From NCBI RefSeq assembly GCF_009914755.1, contig NC_060925.1: 64,000 bases of DNA; one strand, written 5' to 3'. The position numbers and the translations under genes are program-made. The stretch's first letter is position 1. Each line of letters begins with the position of its first letter. This DNA comes from the human T2T-CHM13v2.0 reference genome, Homo sapiens. Of the stretch, positions 28,111 to 44,745 are shown piece by piece. The notes beneath the pieces were generated by a model that saw nothing but the letters and a program-made list of their open reading frames with translations, was not told the DNA's origin and ran no database searches.

Positions 28111-29349
28111 TCATTCAAGGTTCCCCCCAAGGACAGTTCCTCTAACTCCCCTTAGAGCACTTTCCCTAGTGGGTATTTGTATGTTTTGGAATTTTTTAAA
28201 TTAATATTTGTCCTTCCTGCTGGACACTGGGCTCCAGGTGGTCAGTGGAGGTGTCTGTTTCCCTCCCGACGCCCCGACGTAAACCCAGCCCCAGCACAGT
28301 GCTCACTGTGTAATAGGCACTCGATAAGGATTTATGAGAAAGGGTCAAATGAGGTTCAGAGAACTCTAAGGGAAACCAAGTCTCCCACGGGAATTATGCC
28401 CACAACCACATCCTGACTCCCAGCCCCGGCAGCAAGGCAGCTCTGACTCTCGGCCCCTGCAGGCACTGCCTCCCCATCCTCATGTGTGCACATCTGCTAA
28501 GTGACTCACGGGCTGGCTCAGAAGGAGTTAACAGCCCAAGTCGCTGGGTTCTGCAAGGCCTGCCAGGCTGGCTGAGCCCCATAATTAAGTCCTGCACAGG
28601 GGATAAACAGGCTGCTGGAGGATGGGCAGGCAGGGGTGGGGACCATCTCAAGAACCCTCTCAGGAGGCCTGTGCACTCCGAGGAGAGTCAAATGGACTCC
28701 CTCCCCTCCCATGCGCTGGTTCAAAGCGCCGCCGCATTCTTCACCCGCCTTCATCTTTGAAGCAGCCCGGGGGCAGGCTGCTGTCTCCCACATGAGGAAG
28801 AGGCCCAGGGAGGGGAGGCGACAGGCTCAAGGCCACGCAGCTGTTTGGTGGTGGAGCTGGACCAAGCTCTGCCGGGGTGGTTGTCAGGACACCGGCCCCG
28901 ATGTCTCAGCAAGGGTTCCAGCAGGACACAGAAGCCATACAGGGAAAGTTTAATACAAAGAATTATTAACTGCTACAGTGGGTTGGAGTAACAAGGGGTT
29001 CGTTAGTGAGGGTGGCGGGGGCACTATGGAATACAGAAACAGCCAATCTGAAGAGCAGCCACTGCTCAGGGGCTAGAGAGGGCCACCAAGGGGGAGGCCC
29101 CACGGCTGAAACCCAGGCCCTGTTGGAGAGGGCAGAGTTGTGGCTACTGAATGGACAGGAAGTTGCCATACTGCCACGTGAGTGGAACTTGCTGGAATCT
29201 GCCCTCCAGAACTTGTCAGGAATCTACTCTCTAGGATGCCAGAGAAACACCATTTACGGGGAGGTGAATCACGGAAGGCACGTGGCTACAGAACCACCTG
29301 AGGGGGTTGCTGGGAGTTGCTGCTGGCCACTGGGAGTTGCTGACCACTG

Positions 29350-29705
29350 TGCACAGCAGGAGCTGGGCACTGGAGGGGCTGCCTACACTGCAGGAGCTAG
29401 GCATGAGAAAGGCCGTGCACTGCAGGAGTTGGACACTAGAGGAGCCACCCGGGCTGCAGGAGCTGGGCACAGGGAAAGACCCTGCACTGCAGGAGCTGTG
29501 CACTGGAGGAGCCGCCCACACTGCAGGAGCTGTGCACTGAAGGAGCCACCCGCACTGCGGGAGCTGGGCACTGGAGGAGCCACCCGCACTGCAGGAGCTG
29601 GGCACTGGAGGAGCCATCTGAACTGCAGGAGCTGGGCACTGAGGAAGGACTGGCATTGCAGGAGCTGGGAGCTGGTGGGGCTGCCTGTACTACAGGAGCT
29701 GGGCC
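29350..29705 (+). repeat. Degenerate 34-bp tandem repeat (about 11 units) inside the LTR
   Basis: Unit gcactgcaggagctgggcactggaggagccaccc; exact 34-bp spacing at 29521/29555/29589. Confidence 0.9.
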
Positions 29706-29896
29706 TGGGAATGCTGTCTGCACAGGACCAAGGGAATGCTAGAGAGGCCACATGTGCCAGAAGGCTGGGTGCTGGGGAAGCCACCTGTGCTACAGGACCT
29801 GGGACCTAAGGAAGCCAGTCCTGCGGCCATAGCCTGCCTAACCCAGGAAGAAACCAGAACTAGGAAGGAAAGCTCCTTCCTCTTGCAATGTCTCTC

Positions 29897-29915
29897 TGCT
29901 GCCCTCTACTGACCA
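29897..29915 (-). promoter_or_regulatory. Candidate CTCF motif in the LTR
   Basis: Minus strand TGGTCAGTAGAGGGCAGCA closely fits the CTCF core; motif match only. Confidence 0.55.
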
Positions 29916-30524
29916 CATTTAATGTCATGCCAACCGGGAAATGAAAAATATTCAGAGTGGTACCCATTTCCACTTTCACAGATCAGGCAACGAGGCGTGA
30001 ATTGGAGCTGAGAGGCAATAAATTTGTAACTGGCACGGTCCACACCTGCTCACCTTTCATAGACACACTCTACACACATTTGGATTCCCATATAACAGCA
30101 ACAGAACTCTATCATTTCCATCTCATAAGAGACAGCTATCTGTCTTACAAGGGAACAAGATCCTTCTCCAAAATGAGGAGGCACATGATCCCAAGACTCA
30201 TTGCATCCACTGCTGGCTATAAATTACTCCTCAAATTCAGTCACAGTTCACTGACTATTCTGTTACTGAAGACTAAATTGTTAAGTTAACTTCCAACCAC
30301 TTGTATATAGAATAAAAATGGGAAAAAGGAAAAAGAAGAAGAAAGTAGCTAGCATATGTAAGTGAACACAGACATAGAGTAAGCAAATTGAAAACATGCA
30401 AATTTTCCTACTTGGTCCTGAGGTCATCATTGATATGTATGGCTACCTTTCCCCACCCTTCCTTCCATATTCCCCCCGCCAGCTTCCCCGCCCCCAGTCT
30501 CAACCCAAAGCTCAGATGGAGATG

Positions 30525-30850
30525 TCAGTATTCTCCGCTTGGTGGAGTCACCCAAACCTCCATTACTGAAGGCTCTGCTATCCAGCCTTCATTTGGGCAG
30601 GGAGTAGGTTTCTGTGGTTTTCCATTAATCTTTACTATGGGACGTGGGAGCACTAAGAGGCACCTCAGAGAATCCCCTGATTTCAAGACGGGGTCTTCTT
30701 CCCGACACTGCAGCAGCATCCCAGTCTCCCACTGGTAATTGGGAGCAATCATTCCAGACAGCAGATTAACCTCTTTCTTCCCTGTTGGTTCAGTGGCACA
30801 GGCCCAAAATGGCCAGGTGGCAGTCTCGTTTTCTGATTCAGTGGAACCAT
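30525..30850 (-). pseudogene. ERVL dUTPase remnant
   Basis: RLPPGHFG...MIAPNYQWETGMLL...GDSLRCLLVLPRPIVKINGK...EVWVTPP matches recalled ERVL dUTPase peptide (VIDPDYQGEIGLLL...LLVLPCPVIKVNGK...KVWVTPP); frameshifted. Confidence 0.8.
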
Positions 30851-31189
30851 TGCTGTGTCCCTGGGAGCTAAGCCCTCTAAGCCAGCAGAGAACACAGTTG
30901 CCACAATGTGACCAGGAACAAAGTCCTTGTGGGTGGGTTATTAGGTGTCATTGTGGCAGGAGCCACGCCACCTTCTACCCCTTGTCCCTGAGCCTGGGTG
31001 TTCTGACTATGCAGAGACAGCACCGTATCATGGCCTCTGGTTCAAAACACACTCTGTGTCTTGCAAGAAAGAACATTATCTTTTCAGGGTGTGGTCTCCC
31101 AATTGGCATCACAACTGAGACTTCAGGAAGCCATTCCACCTTTCAGTCAGGCCAGCCACTTCCAGATGTGTTGTAAGACCAGCTAACCC

Positions 31190-31560
31190 CACGGACTAGA
31201 GCCTGTGACCACGCCTCCTCTGCTGTGGCATGAGCTCCCGGATCAGAGGCAGTGCCATGAGGATGCCATGATGGCAGAAGACATTCTGGGAGTTCACGGA
31301 AAATGATGCCAGAGGAGGAAGCATGGGCAGGGAAGGCAAGTTCACACCCAGAACATGGAGGATGACACTCCATGCCCTCCATGATGAAAAGGTCTGATGT
31401 CCTCAACCTGCCCCAGATGGCAGGCAGGTCCTTGCAGGAAAGGGTGCCACACCAGGGCCTCAGTGTTGGTCTCTGCTGCTGGTGGACTAGGCACTGATCA
31501 ATAGCATTAGCCAGATCGGCTTTGACAAGGGGCAGCCCATGCTGCTGAGCCTATGCCCAG
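31190..31560 (-). pseudogene. ERVL integrase remnant
   Basis: AQQHGLPLVKADL and SGCELAFPA...ASDPGAH resemble ERVL IN (WAQQHGLPLTKADL; SGYGFAFPA; ASDQGTH). Confidence 0.7.
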
Positions 31561-32249
31561 CCTCCATCACTGCCACCACAGCCCCTTCGTCCATGGACCC
31601 ATTGAGCAAACACTAGGGTGGCTGTGTGGAAAGTCATTTTGTCCATCTGATTATTAGGGTTCTCACCTGCAGTGGATGCCCTTTAGTGAGCATTCACTTG
31701 GAACACAAATATTGTCACCACTTGTGGCCATTCTGAGGTCCAGCTACACACCTCTTCCCCACACTTCCTCACCACCAGGCTCCAGCCCTGTTCCTTCCGA
31801 GTCCCCGATCACCAGCCAAACATTTGTCCATGCACATGAGTCCATGTAGACCCTATCCTCTGGCCTTCTCTCACTTTGGACTCAGTGGAAAACCAAATGT
31901 GCTATTCAAAATCTTGAGAGGATTTCCCTTCACCAGGGTCCTTCAAGGTCACCCCAGTGTGGGGCCATAGTGGGACAGCTGTCCACTTTAGGGTGATACC
32001 AGCCCACTGTGCAGACTCATATGTCAACCAGACTCAAGTTCCTTATTCCTCAGTCAGCACCTCAGGAGGAGAAGGAGGAACGCCCTCCTCCCAGTCCTGA
32101 GGAACACCCAGGAGCATCTGCTGGGGCGGGGAGATGCAGCAGGGGCTAGTTTTGAAAGACTCTGAACCACCTGCCCATGCCTCTTACTCATACTTTCCCA
32201 ATCTCCTTGAACCTATCTCTTACCTCTTCTATTTGCTAGGTTGTGCTCA

Positions 32250-32610
32250 CCTGACCTTATGGTTAGACAATACCAAGTTCAAGATGGGAAGCTCAGGTTG
32301 CATGGTCACCTGATGTACCATATTTAGATGTTCAGTCTCTACCAAAGCCCAGTAGCAAGCCAGGAGCCATTTCTCAAAAGGAACGCTGTTATCTGCAAAA
32401 GAGGGCGTAGACTGCTCCAAAATCTCCTATAAGTCTGAACTGGGCTTCCCCTATTGGTGCTGGCCAGGGGTTCTATACAGCACCCTGTTTGCCATAGATG
32501 CTTTGAGTATGGTGAAATCTGCTGGGTCATAAGCTCCAAGTGGTGGAGCAGCTTGTGCCGCAGTCTGAATGAACTTGCTGCAGAGCCTTCTCCTGATCTG
32601 GTTTCCACTC
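32250..32610 (-). pseudogene. ERVL pol (RT connection/RNase H tether) remnant
   Basis: QAAPPLGAYDPAD and ADNSVPFEKWLLACYWALVETEHLNMVHQVTMQPELPILN, near the recalled ERVL Pol consensus; stops and frameshifts present. Confidence 0.85.
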
Positions 32611-34198
32611 AAAGCTAACAGCCCCTCCCTGGGGCAGCAGGCCCCTGCGTTATCGTGGGACTGGTTTCCCACCCTCTACTTGGCATCTGTCTTACCAGGG
32701 AATCTGATGTGCTTGCTACATCCTGTTCCTGGGATCCAATCCACATGTGATTAATGTAGGAGACCAGTGTGCATTTTGTAAAATGTACAGACAAGCAAGT
32801 TCGCTGCAGACTATCACTGACACATCAGGGGACTCGCTCAGACTCAGACTGTGCGGCTCGGCCCCAGGCCCAGCTCCCATCCTCCCAGGCCTGCACAGTG
32901 ACTCAGGGTTACAGAAGATTCTCCAGGAGAGCAGACACCCCAGCGAAGTCTTAGAAAGGAGAAGTGCACACTTATCCCGGTTCCTGTATTTCAGGACTTT
33001 TCGTTAATTCATTCACCCATCTATCATCACAGGATGAGTAGCTACCGTGGCCCAGGCACTGGCTGAGGCCCTGGGACACCACAGTGGACAGAAGAGGCCC
33101 CATCCCTCCCCTCGGGGAGCCCACATGGTAATGGGGAGAGATGACAGACACATAAAGGACTGACCAGCTGTGGGGCATGTGGGTGGCGATGAGGTCAGGG
33201 ACACAGGACAGGTGAAGGGGCAGCGCATGATGGGAGGGAGTGGGACAGTGACACGTGAGACGCAGTCAGGAGGAGCGCGCAGATGAGGACGTCTGAGCTG
33301 AGACCTGAAGTAGGGGAGCCAGGCTGTCCAGGGGCCGGGGTGGGTGTCATTACTCCCAGTGCCATCTTCCAGTCTCCCAAGCATCCCAGTCGGAGGATGA
33401 ATTCTGTGGTCACCATGGATAACGGGGTCAAATGAGCTCATGGGCATAACATCTTAACTCAGGGCCTGGCATACAGTAGGTGCTCAGTATGTGAGAGCTG
33501 CTATTGTCATTACTATTTTATTATCCTTATTATTCCACATGATGATGATGATCCTGAATGCACACGTGTTCCCACTCACCTCCTGCTTCCAAGTCTCAGA
33601 AACTTCACCGTGGAGTGTGCAGGGTGAGCACCACCTCCACTAATGGAGCTGCCCCACCTGGGCTGTCGGGAGGGATGGGGCACCCTGAGCCCCCACTGGG
33701 GGTGGGGAGGGGGAAGGTGCCAGGCGGGGTGGTGTGGGCCAATCCCTCTCCTCCCACAATCCTTGCTGACTCACAGGCAGCTCTGGCTGGACTCGGCTGC
33801 TCCTGCTGACAGATCATTGTGTCAGGAGTCTGGGGAAGGTCTCATTAATTATGATAATTGATACCTTTGAAGATGCCGGCTGTGTGATGCCTGCTCTGGT
33901 GACACAGGATTCTGGTAATTCTGTTTGAACTGCATTTTCCAAGCAATATGGTTTACATTTTGGCCACTAGGAAAATGGTTTATCTTTGAGGATGCTGCCT
34001 GGGGTGGACTGGCAGGAGCCAGCCTCCTGGAGGGTCTTGATGATGCCAGAGCTGGGGGAGAGCCCTGTGGTTCCTGGGCTGACCTCAGGGCAGGGGGCAT
34101 GGCTGCCACGGGATAGGGAGGGTGTTTGTCAACATCAGGAAGAACACAGACTCTGGAGGGGCCCCAGGGCAGCACCAGCCTGCACTGATTCAAGCCTG

Positions 34199-34217
34199 GC
34201 ACCGCCCCCTGGAGGGG
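34199..34217 (-). promoter_or_regulatory. Candidate CTCF motif
   Basis: Minus strand CCCCTCCAGGGGGCGGTGC fits the CCASYAGRKGGCRS-like core; motif match only. Confidence 0.45.
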
Positions 34218-34404
34218 GGCTGGTACCACCCCTGATTTCTCAGACCAGCGGTCTGAAGTGCAGAGAGGGGCAATGATGTGCCCGGTCACAGCCCACCCCC
34301 TTCACCTGTCATCTGCCAGGACCTTGGCTCACTCTGCGTCCTCCAATTCCAGCCTCCACCGACTGGTTCCCCTGCTCTGCTCTACCTGCTGAGGGCCTGA
34401 GAGG

Positions 34405-34580
34405 GCCCCCAAATTGTGGCCAGCTGCGGCCAGCCCCCGATGGAGGAGAGCTTGTTCTCAGGCAGGTTCCCAGGACCCCCTCATTCCTGGGAACCAAAAC
34501 CTCTGGAGAGGGCCAGGGAATCTGTATTTTACCACCTCCCTGGGTGAGTCTGACCTGCTCCAATGTCTGGGCACCACTGT
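34405..34580. mobile_element. MER5A-like hAT-Charlie MITE
   Basis: ggccagggaatctgtattttaccacctccctgggtgagtctga...gggcaccactg. Confidence 0.55.
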
Positions 34581-37500
34581 TGGTTCCCTCCTTTCCCATC
34601 TCCTACAGACCGCCCCGGCCCAGGCCCTCCCGCAGACCCTCTCTGTCTGTGCTGAGCCAGGGCTGACTCTGCCTCCAATGCTCCTGCGATCCTCACAGCA
34701 ATGCCACAGCAATGCCACAACTCTGAGCTGCTGCCACCAGTCAATGGGGAAGTCCAGCGAGGCTCCCAACGGGAAGGACACGTCCAAGCTCTGAGCTGGG
34801 CTCCTGCCCTGTCCCTCCTTGTATCTCCCCTGGACTCCCCTCCAGGGCCCCCTGAGTTCACAATGGGCACAGCCTCTGAGGGACCCTGGGTGGGGGGCCT
34901 GCTGAATCTCTCACACAGACTGTGCAGGAAGGACTGAGGTGCTGGCTTGCGAGCCCCCAACCTTGGATCTATGGTTTCCATGTTCTTCAGTGGCAGGAAG
35001 AAATCCAGAACACCCCGCCCCCCACCTCCCCCAGTGTTTATAACTCTGCTGGCTCCAGCATGGATTCACCGCCCCATCCACAGCCCCTCACTCCACTCAC
35101 ACTAGGCCTCGATCCAGCCACAGGACCCGCGTCCCTTACTAGATGAGGCCGGTCGGGGCCAGACAGATGGCTCTATTTTGCTTTACATTTGCCCGGATCT
35201 CACTGCAGGGCTCCAGATGATTCCGTGAGAGACAGAAAATTAACTGCCAATTTCTGCCTCATAACTTTCCATTCCCAGGAGACTGGGCTCTGATGGAAAG
35301 CTCTGGAATCCCTGGGTTCAAGAAACCTGAATAATAATCATGTTTATTGAAAGCTGACTGTGCCAGGCATACACTTCACCTGCATCACCTCATTTCACCC
35401 TCGAAGCAGTCACACGGGGTATGTTACTCTCTCCCCATGTTGTCAGTGAGGAAACTGAGGCAGGGAGAGGTTTGGCTCTTGGCCTGCAAGGCAGGTGGTG
35501 GGCTGTAGGCCCCCCCACCCTGCGGCACTGCCCTGGGGCACCTCACACTCTGTTAAGGCCCTGCAGCCACCTCGGGGCTCTTTGGCGGTGATCACGGCCG
35601 AGACTGCACCAAGAGCAAACCTAGAAGAGAAATCAGTCCAGCAGCCCATGCGGCCGTGTCTGCCACATGGGTCCTGGCTCTGGGAGGCTCAGGGGGGTCA
35701 TCCCAGGTGGAGCCACCAAATCAGCCCCACGCATCCTGTTTTGAACCCTGTGACTTACGCTAAAGAGAGAGTTGTACTTGCTCTTTGCTCTGTAAATCCC
35801 AGAGTGGCCTTTGGCCAAAAGCAATACAATTCTGCCCTAGAAAAGTTAAAAGGACTTTGAAATTATGAGTCTCAAGCCCTGGCCTGATCCATGGATGAGG
35901 ACGAGATGACTGAGGCAGCAGAAAGGAAAAGAAAGAGGAACACTTAACAGCAATTTCCCTTCCGGCTCACCTCCTCCAGGTTTTCATTAACCTCATAGTG
36001 CCCAGAGCCCTGGCCTGCAATGTGCAGAACAAGGAAGATGGGGGAGGCTGGGCAGGGCCCAGGGAAGGCGCCCAGTGTGGGGCACACACAGGGCTGCCTC
36101 GTCCTTGCTGATCCCTTGCTGCCTCCAGCCCTGGGCACTGCAGTCCAGAGTACGGGAGTGGAGGGTGGCTGCCAACCCTGCCAAAGTCAGGGATTCTGGG
36201 CGGTGCTTCTCAGCCTGCCAGGGTTCAGCAGCATTGAAGACTCAAAGCACGCTGGAATGTGTCCAAAGATTTGAAGGACACCAAATCTTCCCCACAACCA
36301 CAAAGCCATGTGGTAACAATATCTTGTTGATGGTGGCATGCTTTGCCGCATCCTCGAAAGACACCAGTCCTCATTAGCATGTCACCTTCTGCTATGTCTC
36401 TTAATCTGCGACACTTCCCCCTGCCCTGACTATGGCCCTTCCCCATGTGTGATGTAAGCACATAAGGCAGCCTCGGAGCTTACCTTGCTCCAGTGTCACT
36501 CCCGGGTGGCTGACTATAAAGGAAGGACATTCAAAGATGGGGGCCAGTAGGGCCATGTTTGTGTGGCAGCCTCTGGCCTTGTTTACCCCCAACTGGTTGG
36601 CTGGAGGAGGCAGAAACGATGAGGGGTGTCATAGGGCCTGCCCACCACATGGCAGTGACAGGAGTGGGACAAGAAAGGCTTTGGGGAAGGGGCGTGTGCC
36701 CAGCCCCTAGTGCCTGTGGCCCACTCAGTGACTTAGGCCCTGATGACCTGAGAGCAGCATCTCCTCCATCATGGGGTGGAGGTTGGCAGGGCAGTGGTAG
36801 GCAGAGGTGGGTCTGGACATTTTTGGAGGAGGTTGCTTTGTGCCTCTCCCATCTCCCTGGACTCTCTCCACCAAAGGACACACTGAGGGGCCTTATGTAG
36901 GCGCTGGTGGCTTTCCACTTGAGGGGGCCTTCCCTCAGCCTGCCAGCCAGCTCTGTGACCACCACTCCCCTGCGAGTCTTTAGGGATCTTTAAGCCAAAG
37001 GTGTTTGGATAAGCCCTTCACATCTGGAGAGATGTTGAATGACCACTATTCAAAGCTCAAGGAAGTTTTTGTGGGTCTCAGTTTCTGTATTTGCCCTGGT
37101 CTAGGTTTCACAGGTCCTGGCAGAAAGGCTTCAGAGTTTATGGATGGAGTCGTAGCCAATTTCTGGTTTAAATGATGAAACCTCTTCCCTCTTTTCATCT
37201 TGTGCTGTCTTCGGTTGGTTTTGAGAGAAGCAAGTTGTGTTTAAATGACTCTCCATCCTTTTCACCTGGACATCAAGGGCCTTCTCATCCATCACCTCTT
37301 TCAATCTTAACAACAACCCAGGGAAGTAGGCAAGGCTGGGTCCCCTGGGAGCAGAACAAAGAATTGGAGAACCAGCACCTGAAAGTAGAACCAGACTGCA
37401 TGGCCATCCACCGTAGGGAAGAGCAAGCAGTGATCAGATGTACCCTGCCCCTGATGTGGGACCCAGCATACTGTCAAACACTGGGGTTTCGGCTTGCCAG

Positions 37501-39469
37501 ACTTCAGCTCAAATAGCATCTGTGTGACACTCCTGTCCTACTCTGCACTCCTGTGGCAGACATCACCAATCATTCACAGCACTCCTTCTTCCTGACCCTG
37601 AATTCAGTTCCAAATTCCTTGTCAAGACAATTTGTCAATCAAGAAGACACAACCAACCAACCAACATTAGCTTGTGAAATGGAACCTGCTTGCCAGACCA
37701 GCATTAGAGTCTCTCCAGCTGCTCCCAATGTTGCTGGTGAAGTCAGGCAGGCCTGGGTTTCAGCTTCAGCTCTGTGAATGGCTAACAAGGTGGACTTGGG
37801 CTAGCATTTGTGTCACTCTCAGCCTCAGCTTTCCCATCTGTAAAATGGAGATGATTGGTATCAAGTGGGGCTGGTAAGGGGATTCCAAGAGAAAGCCCCA
37901 TCACGTGACACATAGCAGATGTTCAATGACAGGTTTGTACTGGAGAAAAGGCTCTTCTTTTGCTACCGCAGATGTTTCCTGATCACCTGATGACCAGGAT
38001 TTATTGGCATGTTGGTAAAGCCACTGTGTCCGAGTCCCAGGTCGCCCAAGAGCCAGCTGTGTCCTCTGGGGCAAATCACCTCTTCCCTGAGGGTGGGAGG
38101 AAGTGGTCAAGGTAGAGCAATGTTGTTCAATCAGGAAAGTGGGATTTTTCTCAATTTCAAACATTCCTTTCAGTGCAGACATTTAACAAATTAATTTTTC
38201 AAAGACAGTCAGGCATCAACTCACAACACCTGACGCCTCCTACCCCCTTCCCACTCTTCCCAGTTTCCTAAGCAAACCCTAGAAGGTCACTGTTCCCATG
38301 GAGTTAATGGGCCTGGACCCACCTTCTAATTTAATGCAAATCCCAGCCCGCCTTACTGTGCAGGAGTTTGAACTCTCAGTTCGTCTGAACTCTCTCGGCG
38401 ACACAATCTGTCCTCGTTTCCAGTAGAGTTTCTAATCCCTGCAACTTCCATGGTGCTAGTAATTATGGAAAAAAGTCTGAAGCACAGAGATTCTGCATCT
38501 TGTCTGTGAGATTACACACTTTAATGGAGTTTATTAAATTTATTTTGCAATTACTGAGGAGATGAAATTCACTGTGCAGTTCCAGAGGGCAAAACAAGGA
38601 CTGGTTGGTGGAATCCACCAGGAGACAGCTTGGAATTCAAAGGGAAGAAGAACTTTCTGATGGTCAGAGCCACTCAGCATGGAGTGAGCCATCCCAGGGC
38701 AGGGTGAGGCCAGCAGGGCTCAGGCCTGAGGTCACTGTTGGGGGAGCCAGTGAAATATAAGAGCTTTGAGTCAAGCTTGGGTCCATTTTCTGACTCCCCA
38801 CTTCCAGGGGGATCGGGCAACTGAGTTCACTTTTGTAAGCCTCTAGGCTCCCTGGGTAAGATGGTAACAGCTGTGCTGGCACAGAGCGATGCTCCATGAG
38901 GGGTTATGCTGTTATTTCATTACTCAGAGGTAGGCGGAAACTTCCTTCACTCATAGTTTCCCTGGGGAGAGATTTCCCCCAGACACCACTGCCCTCCACC
39001 TCCCACCAAAAGGTCGTGAGTTTGAGGAAGAGCAGGACAAGCTCACTGCTCATTCTCTGGAGCCCAGCTGCCCAGAGAGCTCACGTCTGCTCTGCTCTTC
39101 CACCGCCAGAGGTTTTGTAGCAACAGCCCCAATATCCTGACCACAGGGGAGCCTGGAGGGAGGTCAACACACATCTGATGGTGAGTTCCTCCCTGTCTGG
39201 TCCTAGGGTCTGCAGGGGAGGTCCACATGCCCTCAAGGGTGAGCCCCTTTCTCCAACGTCAGCTCTATCTCCATTGGCCACATCCTACATCCTCTGGGTT
39301 TGTCTAGAATAAGGGCCCCCAGTGCTTTTCCAGGCCTAAAGCCCCAGCATGCATTATTGTCACAGGGGCTGTGAGCTTGGGACACCCACTTATGACACAG
39401 CCAACATCAGGTCTCTATTCCTAGAACATCCTCTCCACTAAAGCAAGAACCACAAGATGAATCTTCCTC

Positions 39470-39860
39470 ACTGTTTCTCCAGCCACCACAAAGTGCCAGG
39501 CACACTCATAGATGTTCAATAAATACTGCTGAGCATGTTAATTTTACCACCATCACAGGGATATGAGTAAAGGCTCTGGGAGCACAGACTAGGGGCACAT
39601 AACTCATGTGGCAGGGAGAGGGAGCACTGGGGAGGACTTCCTGGGACAGTGACTCCTGAGCTGAAGCTTCAAGGGGAAGCAGAGAGAAACTGGTCAAGGC
39701 AGAGGTGACAGTGAGACCAAGTGTGTCAGGAACTAGAGGGCATCTCAGAGTCAAGTGTAATACAGGAAATAACCAGAGATGAGGTTGAAGAGTCAGCAGG
39801 GGCCACATGGTAAAGAACCTTGAAAGCCAAACCACAGTTTGGCACATCCTTGGGGCCACT
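39470..39860. mobile_element. L2 fragments
   Basis: gtgccaggcacactcatagatgttcaataaata and ggacttcctgggacagtgactcctgagctga. Confidence 0.5.
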
Positions 39861-39889
39861 AGAGCATCATTTCCCTCCTAACATTCATG

Positions 39890-40070
39890 GAATGTCTACT
39901 ATGCACCAGGCACTGTCAAAGGCGCTTACCTGCATTAACTCATTCATACCTAACAAGAAGCCTGGGAGGTAGAAGTCAGTATCCCCTCCACTAGCAGATG
40001 TAGAAACTGAGGCAGAGGGAGATGAAGTAAATCACTAATGTCCATGCAGCCTACCCAGTGGTAGAACTGT
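39890..40070. mobile_element. MIR SINE
   Basis: ctactatgcaccaggcactg...cagatgtagaaactgaggcagaggga. Confidence 0.7.
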
Positions 40071-40429
40071 ATTTATGTGTGAACCCAGGTGTGCACATTC
40101 TGGAACCCAAGCTGTTGGCCACTATGCTGTTCTTCAGCAGGAGTAATACAAGAGTCAGGCTTTATTTCAGAAATGGTGCTCTGGGGGCCGGTGTGGGAAC
40201 CTGATTTGAGGTCAAAAGAGTTGAGCTCAGCAAGACATTCAGAAGTGAGTGATTATCATCCAAAGAAGGGTGACAAGTGGATCAGCCCTAACTGCAGAAC
40301 ATCATTGTGACAGCCTCTCTTACACCACAGCAATGAGATTCCCAACATTTCAATGAGTCAAAACCTCAGGTCAAGCCTCTTAGTCCCATGGGTTCAAGAT
40401 TCTCTTGGTTGTTCATACAGCAAAATGAC

Positions 40430-44745
<4,316 letters not shown>

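Larger units (their letters stand above)
28902..30037 (-). mobile_element. ERVL LTR (LTR41-like), 3' LTR of a truncated provirus
   Basis: Minus strand begins (c)gtgccagttacaaatttattgcctctcagctccaa and ends tcctgctggaaccct..gagaca, matching recalled LTR41 termini; preceded by PPT-like ...gtgtggac. Confidence 0.75.
30038..32640 (-). mobile_element. ERVL (class III ERV) internal region, decayed and 5'-truncated
   Basis: pol-IN-dUTPase remnants in ERVL order upstream of the LTR. Confidence 0.85.

Noticed and set aside
29006-29809. 267-aa ORF and overlapping antisense ORFs
   Set aside because: Stop-poor 34-bp repeat inside an LTR; open in several frames on both strands
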